A DNA stretch of 64,000 nt, from NCBI GenBank assembly GCA_902598485.1, contig CACKBU010000006.1:6975-70974 (forward strand). The letters run 5' to 3'. Below are positions 50,359-57,770 of the stretch, piece after piece. This DNA comes from an uncultured Pelagibacteraceae bacterium (lineage in GTDB: Bacteria > Pseudomonadota > Alphaproteobacteria > Pelagibacterales > Pelagibacteraceae). The notes beneath the pieces are model-generated. The model ran no database searches, was not told the DNA's origin, and worked only from the letters and a program-made list of their open reading frames with translations. The stretch's first letter is position 1; the number at the start of each line of letters is the position of its first letter. Position numbers and translations under genes: made by a program.

Positions 50359-51213
50359 TTATTCTTTTATTCTATAAAAAGATTGAAAATTTAAATAAGA
50401 AAAAAATAATCCAGATATTTCTGCATGAAAATATTTAGTTTTAGAAAATTCTAATTTAAAAATACTAACAATTACATTTTTAATAGCCCTTAAAAAGTTT
50501 GGCATAGTTTTAAAAATTCCAGCAAAGTATCCGTAGTGTTTTTTGTAATAATAAAATTTTGACCAACAATAGTGCCAGTTTCTGACAATAATATATTGAT
50601 CATGATATTTTTTATCAATTGATTTTGAAATTGGATTTGAAATATTTACTTTATTGTACATGTATACTGGTAATTTTGCTTTAATACATCTTGTAAATAA
50701 ATCACTTTCTTCAAAATACAAAAAAATATTATCATCAAAATAATTAACTTTTTCAAAAAGATTTTTTTTAACCAACATGACACAACCATGATTAAATGAA
50801 ACTTCAAATAAATTTTTATTTATTTTTTTAATTGTAGAGTTTTTGTAATTATGGTTATTTATTTTAGGCGTCAATACACCAAACACTTTTAATTTTTTTG
50901 CAAGTTTTAATAACTTTAATATTTGGTTTTTTTTAATTTTTATATCTATATCCATAAATAATAGATATTTTTTATTTGTTTTTTTTGCAGCTAAATTAAA
51001 TGCTGCACCCTGTCCATCATTTGACCTAGGTATAATAACTCTTACATTTTTATACTTATTCTCGAACTCTTTTTTAATTGAAATATCCATTGAATTTTCA
51101 ACAAGAATAATTGATATTTTCTTATCAATTACTGAAAGTGTTTTATCAATTTTTTTTCTCGAGCGGTATGAAACTAAAACAATACATAAATCTTTAAAGA
51201 AATTTTTTTTCAT
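50359..51213 (-). CDS. Glycosyltransferase family 2
   Basis: IV.VSY.S, VENS, N.G.G.A.N, FD.NIFLYFEE.DL..R, RNWH..WSKFY; paralog of 46993-47883. Confidence 0.82.
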   Translation of the reverse strand: MKKNFFKDLCIVLVSYRSRKKIDKTLSVIDKKISIILVENSMDISIKKEFENKYKNVRVIIPRSNDGQGAAFNLAAKKTNKKYLLFMDIDIKIKKNQILKLLKLAKKLKVFGVLTPKINNHNYKNSTIKKINKNLFEVSFNHGCVMLVKKNLFEKVNYFDDNIFLYFEESDLFTRCIKAKLPVYMYNKVNISNPISKSIDKKYHDQYIIVRNWHYCWSKFYYYKKHYGYFAGIFKTMPNFLRAIKNVIVSIFKLEFSKTKYFHAEISGLFFSYLNFQSFYRIKE

Positions 51214-51237
51214 TATGATTTAATTTTATAAAATGAT

Positions 51238-52362
51238 TTAAATTAATTTTTTTAATTCTTTAATAACTGTATCCTGTTCATCGTCAGATAAAGTGGGGTA
51301 CATTGGTAAAGAAAATATTTCATTTGCTCGTTGTTCAGTTATTGGCATACAATTACAAGTGGAGCAAACAAAGTGTTTATAAGCATCCATAATATGTATT
51401 GGCCATGGATAACTAATATTAAGATGGATATTTTTTTTAGATAGACTTGTCATTATCCTGTCTCTCTCAGGATTAGCAACAACATAAATATAGTATGCGT
51501 GTTTATTATCAGGGTGCTCCAATGGTAAATCTATATTAAGATTTTTTAGCTCATCATTGTATCTTGCAGCTATTTGTCTTCTTCTATCAATCCACTCATC
51601 TAAATAAGGAAATTTTTTTAACAAAATTGCAGCATGTACTTCATCCAATCTGGAATTTGTCCCATGTTCAATTGCATAATACTTTCCATTCCAATGCCCA
51701 GAAGACATTTTCTTTTTTTCCATACCTAAAAATCGTATCCTTTTCATTCTATCAAATAACTCCTCATTATTTGTAGTTATAAACCCACCATCTCCGTAAG
51801 CTCCAAAAATCTTTGTTGGGTAAAATGAATAACAACCCACATCTCCGATTGATCCTGCTTTTTTATTTTTGTAGGTTGCACCGTGAGATTGTGCACAATC
51901 CTCAATTACTTTAAGATTATGCTTTGAAGCAATTTGCATAATTTTATCCATCTCACACATTTGACCATAAAGATGCACTGGAATAATAGCTTTAGTATTT
52001 TTATTTATAGAATTTTCAATTTTATTTACATCGATTAAAGAGTATTCATTAATATCAACAAACTTAACAGAAGCGCCAGTATTAACAATTGCTGTCACTG
52101 TTGGCACAGCAGTATTTGAAGTTGTTATTACCTCATCCCCTGGTCCAATGTCAAAAGCTTTTAGTGCAATTGTAATAGCATCTGTGCAGTTTCCTACCCC
52201 AATACCAAATTTGCAATCATGATATGTTGAAAATTTTTCCTCGAATTCATCTAGTTTTGGGCCAAAAATTAAAGTTCCATTTTTAAATACTTCATCAACA
52301 GCGTTTAATATTTCCTCTCTCAAGAACTCATATTCTTTTAGATAATCCCAAACTTTAATCAT
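51238..52362 (-). CDS. DegT/DnrJ-family NDP-sugar 3-aminotransferase (EvaB/DnrJ type)
   Basis: VWDYL.EY...REEIL.AV.EVF..G.LI.G N-terminus, PVHLYGQ, EDCAQSHGA, SFYPTK..GAYGDGG, NSRLDE, NISYPWPIH. Confidence 0.9.
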   Translation of the reverse strand: MIKVWDYLKEYEFLREEILNAVDEVFKNGTLIFGPKLDEFEEKFSTYHDCKFGIGVGNCTDAITIALKAFDIGPGDEVITTSNTAVPTVTAIVNTGASVKFVDINEYSLIDVNKIENSINKNTKAIIPVHLYGQMCEMDKIMQIASKHNLKVIEDCAQSHGATYKNKKAGSIGDVGCYSFYPTKIFGAYGDGGFITTNNEELFDRMKRIRFLGMEKKKMSSGHWNGKYYAIEHGTNSRLDEVHAAILLKKFPYLDEWIDRRRQIAARYNDELKNLNIDLPLEHPDNKHAYYIYVVANPERDRIMTSLSKKNIHLNISYPWPIHIMDAYKHFVCSTCNCMPITEQRANEIFSLPMYPTLSDDEQDTVIKELKKLI

Positions 52363-52379
52363 AAATTAAAATATAGCTT

Positions 52380-53633
52380 TTAATGAATTTTATCAATATT
52401 AAAACTAGCAAATAAATTTCTTGCTTCTATCGTTAATAAGTTTTTTTTAATTAAATCCACAACTTGATTATGTGAGGCCCAAATAAAATTTTTAGGCAAA
52501 ATTATATTGTCTTTTTCTGAAATTATCGAAATGATATTATGAGTTTCATTTTTATAGAACCTACCACCTTCATCCGAGTTGACAAATTTAAAAACATTTT
52601 TTTTATTTAAAAAATTAAGAAAATTTATTTTTTTGTTTTTTATTGATTTCCTATAATTTTTAATTGATACAGAGGAGGTAAATTTAGGATCATTTAAACC
52701 TGGTTCTTGAGTCGCATTCAATAAATAATGATTAGTTTTATTTATCTCTTTGATTAAGAAACCATTTAAAGATATAAAGTGATCACTAATTATTGGCTGT
52801 GACCATTGTTTTACTTCTCTAGAATTAGATTTTATTTTTAAAAAAATTATTGAAAAAAAATTTTTTTCTATATCAAATATTTTATCATTTAATATTTTCC
52901 AAGACTTGAGATTAGCAAAACTTACAATCTTTTTTTTAACTTGAATATTTTTTTTAATATTTTTAATTTTTCTTAATATATTTTGAAAATTATTTAATGG
53001 TTCATCAAAATTGTTTTTTTTAATTGAGCAAGAGATTACTGAAATAGTATCCATATTTAATAAATTATTTTTATTCAATAAATATCGAAGGTTGTTCCTA
53101 TTTACCCAAATAAAATTTTTTAATTTTTTGATTTTTTGATTTTTCAAATCAATTAAAATATTTTTATTTGATTTATTGAAATATCTTGTGCCCTGCTCTG
53201 ACAATCTAAAGCTACTTAAAATTTTATTTTTTTTACTTTTTTTAATAAAAAAATTTAGATAGCTTGTACTTTTTCCACCATGTTTTCTTAGATAATTGCT
53301 TTTTGTAGCTTGTATAGTTGGTGATAACTGTATTCCATTAGAGTTTCCAGGTTCCACTTTTGCTTGTAATAAATAGTAATCTTCACCTTTAATTTTTTTT
53401 TTAAGAATTCCCAGTATCCCAACCTCTTTCTGTATAATTAAAGGTTGATACCATTTTTTAGTCTTAATTTTAAATTCAAAAGGAAGAATTGAAAAAAACG
53501 CTTTTTTTAAGTTATATATTTTTTTCTCCCCAACCTTCCAATTATCAACATTTGAACTTGATGTTTTGATAACATTCATAAAATTTTTTTTTTTTTGGTT
53601 CGAAATCCACTTAATTAAATATTTATTATTCAT
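52380..53633 (-). CDS. NDP-hexose 2,3-dehydratase (EvaA/TylX3 family, tandem domains)
   Basis: W.QP.I.Q.EVGILG, LLQAK.EPGN.N..QLSPT.QAT.SNY, LSEQG, NMDT.SV.SC; second domain WSQP, SDEGGRFY, IEARNL. Confidence 0.88.
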   Translation of the reverse strand: MNNKYLIKWISNQKKKNFMNVIKTSSSNVDNWKVGEKKIYNLKKAFFSILPFEFKIKTKKWYQPLIIQKEVGILGILKKKIKGEDYYLLQAKVEPGNSNGIQLSPTIQATKSNYLRKHGGKSTSYLNFFIKKSKKNKILSSFRLSEQGTRYFNKSNKNILIDLKNQKIKKLKNFIWVNRNNLRYLLNKNNLLNMDTISVISCSIKKNNFDEPLNNFQNILRKIKNIKKNIQVKKKIVSFANLKSWKILNDKIFDIEKNFFSIIFLKIKSNSREVKQWSQPIISDHFISLNGFLIKEINKTNHYLLNATQEPGLNDPKFTSSVSIKNYRKSIKNKKINFLNFLNKKNVFKFVNSDEGGRFYKNETHNIISIISEKDNIILPKNFIWASHNQVVDLIKKNLLTIEARNLFASFNIDKIH

Positions 53634-54826
53634 TAAAAACTTATTATTTTAATTTTTGGAACATGTGTAATAAACTTTCCTCCTCTTTTTAAAAATTTTA
53701 TTTCTTTTTTTTTGATTTCTTTTAAGAAATTCCAAGCGCCTAAGAATGCATAATCAACGTCTTTTGGAATAGAGTCTTGTGATGGTTTAATTAAAATATG
53801 TTTTCCTGGTGTGTATTTGCCTTGTTTATTTTTTGTTGAATCCAGAACATATTCTATTAAATCGCTTCCTATATTACAGTAATTAAATATTGTAGCTGAT
53901 TTATAAGTTGCACCATAACTAATTACTTTTTTACCTTTTGCTTTTAATTTTTTAAGTAAATTAATTAAGTCTTTTTTTGAATTTTTAACTCTTATTGCAA
54001 ATTTTTTGTATGTTAAAAATTTATCTAATCCTTGTTTTATTTCTCTAGATTTTAATTTCTTGACTTTTTTACTTGGTTTATACTTTGAATTAAATTTTGA
54101 AGCATAAAACCTTGTAGAACCTCCATGTGTACTTAACAAATCAACATCAAAAACTTTTAAGTTTGATTCTTTTAACAAGTTTGAAATTGCAATTAAGGAA
54201 AAAACATGAACATGTTCATCATAAAACTGGTCATAAGAATTCATTTTAAGCACTGATCCCATATACGGATCCTCAAAAACAAAAACACCTTCGTCACTTA
54301 AAGTTTTATAAATTGAGTCAAAGGTCTCTTTTAAGTTTGGTATATGAGAAATAGTATTAGCAGAATAAATTAGGTCATATTTTTTTTTATTTTTTAAAAT
54401 TTTATTTGCAAGGCTTTTATTCCAAAATTTGGGATAAGTTTTATATCCTAATTTTTGAGTTATTCTTGCTAAGTTTAAACAAGGTTCAACTGCTACTATT
54501 TTTTTTTTATCAAAATTCTTTAAAAATACTCCATCGTTACTTCCTATTTCCATTGATAATTTTGGTTTAAATCTATTCTGTAATTTTTTTGCAACTGATG
54601 AAAAAGCTTTTTGCATTGTTAAAGATTGAGATGCTCTATGAGCGTATTTATCTGTATATTGTTTTTTTGGGTCCACAGGTTTTGATAAAGAAACAAGAAA
54701 GTTTTTTGTGTTAAATGTTACCGATAAATTATAGAAGTATTCATTTTTTATATTTTTTTTATCAATAGATTTTAAATATGAATTAGTTATTGGTTGGTTA
54801 AGTAAATTTAAGAATTTTTTTTTCAT
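53633..54826 (-). CDS. NDP-hexose C3-methyltransferase (TcaB9/EvaC type), lacking the N-terminal Zn cysteines
   Basis: EIGSNDG, ANTISHIP, FVFEDPY, YDEH, HGGS.R, YGAT.KSAT, KQG..TPG.HI, AWN...EI..KE..F...GG. Confidence 0.87.
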   Translation of the reverse strand: MKKKFLNLLNQPITNSYLKSIDKKNIKNEYFYNLSVTFNTKNFLVSLSKPVDPKKQYTDKYAHRASQSLTMQKAFSSVAKKLQNRFKPKLSMEIGSNDGVFLKNFDKKKIVAVEPCLNLARITQKLGYKTYPKFWNKSLANKILKNKKKYDLIYSANTISHIPNLKETFDSIYKTLSDEGVFVFEDPYMGSVLKMNSYDQFYDEHVHVFSLIAISNLLKESNLKVFDVDLLSTHGGSTRFYASKFNSKYKPSKKVKKLKSREIKQGLDKFLTYKKFAIRVKNSKKDLINLLKKLKAKGKKVISYGATYKSATIFNYCNIGSDLIEYVLDSTKNKQGKYTPGKHILIKPSQDSIPKDVDYAFLGAWNFLKEIKKKEIKFLKRGGKFITHVPKIKIISF

Positions 54827-54957
54827 TTGATCGTTATTTTAATTTAAAATAAAAGGTTTTATATAATATAAATTATTAAAACATTAATATTCTTTAGCAT
54901 TATGCAGCTAAATATATTAATATTTTGTTCTTTTTAACGAACTTATATAGGAAAAAA

Positions 54958-55668
54958 TTGTCATTAAAAAATAAAAAAATTGTAATTACCGGAGGCAATG
55001 GAAGATTCGCCAATGTTTTAAAACAAAGTAAAAATAACCTTAAATTTTATTATCCAAATAAAAAAAACTTAAATATCTTAAAATCCTCTTCAATTAAAAA
55101 TTATTTGAAAAAAATTAAACCTAAATATCTTATTCATGCAGCAGCATTATCAAGACCAATGAGATTGCATAATAAAAATATATCTAAAAGCATTGATTTA
55201 AATATTATTGGTACTTGTAATGTAGTAAAAGTTTGTTCTGAATTAAAAATTAAACTTATTTATTTTTCTACTGGTTATGTTTATGAAGGTAAAAAAGGTA
55301 ATTACAAAGAAGAGGATCCACTTAAACCTGTAAATAATTATGCTTGGTCAAAATTAGGAGGTGAATGTGCTGTTACATTGTATAAAAATTCATTAATTTT
55401 AAGAATTATCATGTGCGAAAAACCTTTTATTCATAATAGTGCATTTCATGACATTAAAACTAATTTTATTTTTCATGACGAAGTTGCATCTATGATACCA
55501 AAAATAATTGATAAAAAAGGAATAATCAATGTTGGAGGAAAAATTCAATCAGTTTACAATTTTGCAAAGAAGACTAATAAAAAAGTAAAAAAAAAATCTG
55601 GAAAAAAACTATTTCCTTTAAATCCTTCAATGAATATTAGTAAGTTAAATAAAATACTGAAAAAATAA
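54958..55668 (+). CDS. RmlD-like NDP-4-keto-sugar reductase (SDR)
   Basis: ITGG.G, IH.AA, STGYVY.G, P.N.YAWSKLGGE; TTG start 54958 preceded by AGGA (alternative start 54925). Confidence 0.8.
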   Translation: MSLKNKKIVITGGNGRFANVLKQSKNNLKFYYPNKKNLNILKSSSIKNYLKKIKPKYLIHAAALSRPMRLHNKNISKSIDLNIIGTCNVVKVCSELKIKLIYFSTGYVYEGKKGNYKEEDPLKPVNNYAWSKLGGECAVTLYKNSLILRIIMCEKPFIHNSAFHDIKTNFIFHDEVASMIPKIIDKKGIINVGGKIQSVYNFAKKTNKKVKKKSGKKLFPLNPSMNISKLNKILKK

Positions 55669-55746
55669 TTAAATTAATATTTCTCAAAAGTTGTATTTCA
55701 ATAAAAAACTATAAAAATTATATTAATTTAAAAATCTTTTAAAAAC

Positions 55747-55755
55747 TTATCCACA
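55747..55755 (+). promoter_or_regulatory. Perfect DnaA box upstream of guaC
   Basis: TTATCCACA in the intergenic spacer. Confidence 0.4.
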
Positions 55756-55803
55756 GGCAATATATTATTGAAATTCGTTAGTATAATTGTAGTTTTAATT
55801 TTT

Positions 55804-56838
55804 ATGAGAATTGAAGAAGAGCTTAAGTTAGATTATTCAGATGTATTATTCAGACCTAAAAGAAGTACATTAAAAAGCCGTAAAGACGTAAACTTATTAA
55901 GAACTTATAGATTCAAATATAGTAAAAATGAATGGTCGGGTATTCCAATAATGGCAGCAAATATGGATGGGGTTGGAGAGTTAAGCGTTGCTGAAAAATT
56001 AAATGAATATGGAATGATTACTTCTTTAACTAAACAACACGATGTTAAAAAAATTAAACAAAATAAAAATATAAAAAAAATATATCCTAATATTGCACTT
56101 AGTGTGGGTATTAAAAAAGAAGATTTTCAAACCTTAGATAAAGTTTTAAAAGAATTTAGTTTTTTTAAATTTATTTGTATTGATGTTGCTAATGGGTATA
56201 CAGAGCATTTTACTAATTTTATTAAATCAGTAAGAGACAAATATCCTACTAAAACTATTATTGCTGGTAACGTGGTAACAGCTGACATGACTCAAGAATT
56301 AGTTTTAAGTGGAGCAGATATTGTTAAGGTTGGAATTGGACCCGGAAGTGTTTGTACAACAAGAATACAAACTGGAGTTGGTTATCCGCAATTAAGTGCT
56401 GTAATTGAATGTGCTGATGCTGCACATGGTCTTGGTGCACATGTAATTGCAGACGGTGGATGCACTTGTCCTGGTGATGTGGCTAAGGGATTTGGAGGTG
56501 GTGCAGATTTTGTTATGCTTGGAGGTATGCTAGCAGGACACGACGAGGGAAATGGAAAAATTGTTAAAGTTAATGGAGAAAAATATATAGAGTTTTACGG
56601 ATCTAGCTCTGAAGTTGCTAATAAAAAACACTATGGAGGGCTTTCAGATTATCGAAGCAGTGAAGGAAGGAAAGTACGAGTTAAATATAGAGGTAAAATA
56701 AATGATACAATTTTAAACATTCTTGGAGGTGTAAGAAGTAGTTGTACTTATGTTGGCGCACCTTCACTCAAACAGTTAAGCAAATGTACAACATTTGTTA
56801 GAGTATCCAATCAGTTTAATGATAGTTTAATTAAATAA
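55804..56838 (+). CDS. guaC: GMP reductase
   Basis: MRIE...KLD..DVL.RPKRSTL.SR, IDVANGY, GIGPGSVCTTR, ECADAAHG, LKQLSKCTTF; ATG 55804. Confidence 0.96.
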   Translation: MRIEEELKLDYSDVLFRPKRSTLKSRKDVNLLRTYRFKYSKNEWSGIPIMAANMDGVGELSVAEKLNEYGMITSLTKQHDVKKIKQNKNIKKIYPNIALSVGIKKEDFQTLDKVLKEFSFFKFICIDVANGYTEHFTNFIKSVRDKYPTKTIIAGNVVTADMTQELVLSGADIVKVGIGPGSVCTTRIQTGVGYPQLSAVIECADAAHGLGAHVIADGGCTCPGDVAKGFGGGADFVMLGGMLAGHDEGNGKIVKVNGEKYIEFYGSSSEVANKKHYGGLSDYRSSEGRKVRVKYRGKINDTILNILGGVRSSCTYVGAPSLKQLSKCTTFVRVSNQFNDSLIK

Positions 56839-56839
56839 T

Positions 56840-57358
56840 TTACTTTTCAAACTTAAAATCTTTTACATTTGTGGTTTCATATTTCTCAAAAGGCATATGT
56901 ATCCAAGGGGAATCTTCTAAATAATCTACAGAATAATCAGGTTTAAATTTTGATGTTGATTTATGCCAAATAACTGCAGTTTTAATTTTTTCTTCTAAAT
57001 AAAATCCATAAAAATGTTCTAACCACTTAATACTTTTTATTAAAGTTTTTCCTGAGTCTGCTAAATCATCAACCAACAAAATATGTGAACCTAAATTTGG
57101 AGTAGTTTTTGCCAAATCTCTTGAAAAAGTAAACTGTCCTTGTTTATTTTTAATATCATCACTATCACCGTGGTAAGACTCAACAGATAAGATGGCTAAA
57201 GGAACATTAAAAAGTCTACTAAAAACATCACCTACTCTTAATCCACCTTTTGCAATACAAATAATTTGATTAAATTTTAAATTATCTACATGAATTTTTT
57301 TGGCTAATTGCTCGATCTTTTTATGATAATCTTCCCAAGTTATATAAATATCTTTCAT
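56840..57358 (-). CDS. Purine phosphoribosyltransferase (Gpt/Hpt-like)
   Basis: TW.DY, AKGG, LLVDDLADSG.T, WI..P.E; ATG 57358 (the longer ORF-track start overlaps the tRNA). Confidence 0.82.
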   Translation of the reverse strand: MKDIYITWEDYHKKIEQLAKKIHVDNLKFNQIICIAKGGLRVGDVFSRLFNVPLAILSVESYHGDSDDIKNKQGQFTFSRDLAKTTPNLGSHILLVDDLADSGKTLIKSIKWLEHFYGFYLEEKIKTAVIWHKSTSKFKPDYSVDYLEDSPWIHMPFEKYETTNVKDFKFEK

Positions 57359-57364
57359 AATTTT

Positions 57365-57441
57365 TGGTAGCGGGAAGTGGGATCGAACCACTGACCTCGG
57401 GCTTATGAGTCCCGCGCTCTAACCAACTGAGCTACCCCGCC
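57365..57441 (-). tRNA. tRNA-Met (CAT), probably elongator, encoded CCA
   Basis: GGCGGGGTAGCTCAGTTGGTTAGAGCGCGGGACT-CAT-AAGCCCGAGGTCAGTGGTTCGATCCCACTTCCCGCTACCA folds as a cloverleaf; lacks the initiator C1:A72 mismatch. Confidence 0.93.
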
Positions 57442-57511
57442 TTAATAAATAAATGGTTTATAATACAAATCTTTATTGTTTCAATAAACTTTTTTAAAAT
57501 CAAATTTTAAA

Positions 57512-57736
57512 CTAAATTATAAAATAAATAGCTAAAGAACTAACTAATCCAGCTAAAATAATTGAAAAAATAATTCTTTTTTTTAAAGTTCTTTTTTGAT
57601 CTAATCGAACTCTATTTAACAAAATATTTACATTAGTAGTTTTAATCTTATCTACTTCAAAATCTTTATTTGTAGCAATATCAGTATTAAATAATGATGT
57701 GTCTCGATCGTTTTTTTTCACAACATATTTAACCAA
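57512..57736 (-). CDS. Small hypothetical protein with C-terminal TM anchor
   Basis: 74-aa ORF, TNVNILLNRVR motif followed by a hydrophobic tail. Confidence 0.55.
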   Translation of the reverse strand: MVKYVVKKNDRDTSLFNTDIATNKDFEVDKIKTTNVNILLNRVRLDQKRTLKKRIIFSIILAGLVSSLAIYFII

Positions 57737-57770
57737 CTAATTGACCAAAACACAATAAAATTAATATTAA

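Noticed and set aside
55669-55803. Replication origin
   Set aside because: Only one DnaA box and no origin-associated genes
57359-57391. N-terminal extension MVRSHFPLPKI of the PRTase ORF
   Set aside because: It is the tRNA T-arm and acceptor sequence; the true start is ATG 57358
57365-57441. tRNA as an integration site for a mobile element
   Set aside because: No integrase and no duplicated tRNA 3' end seen in the window
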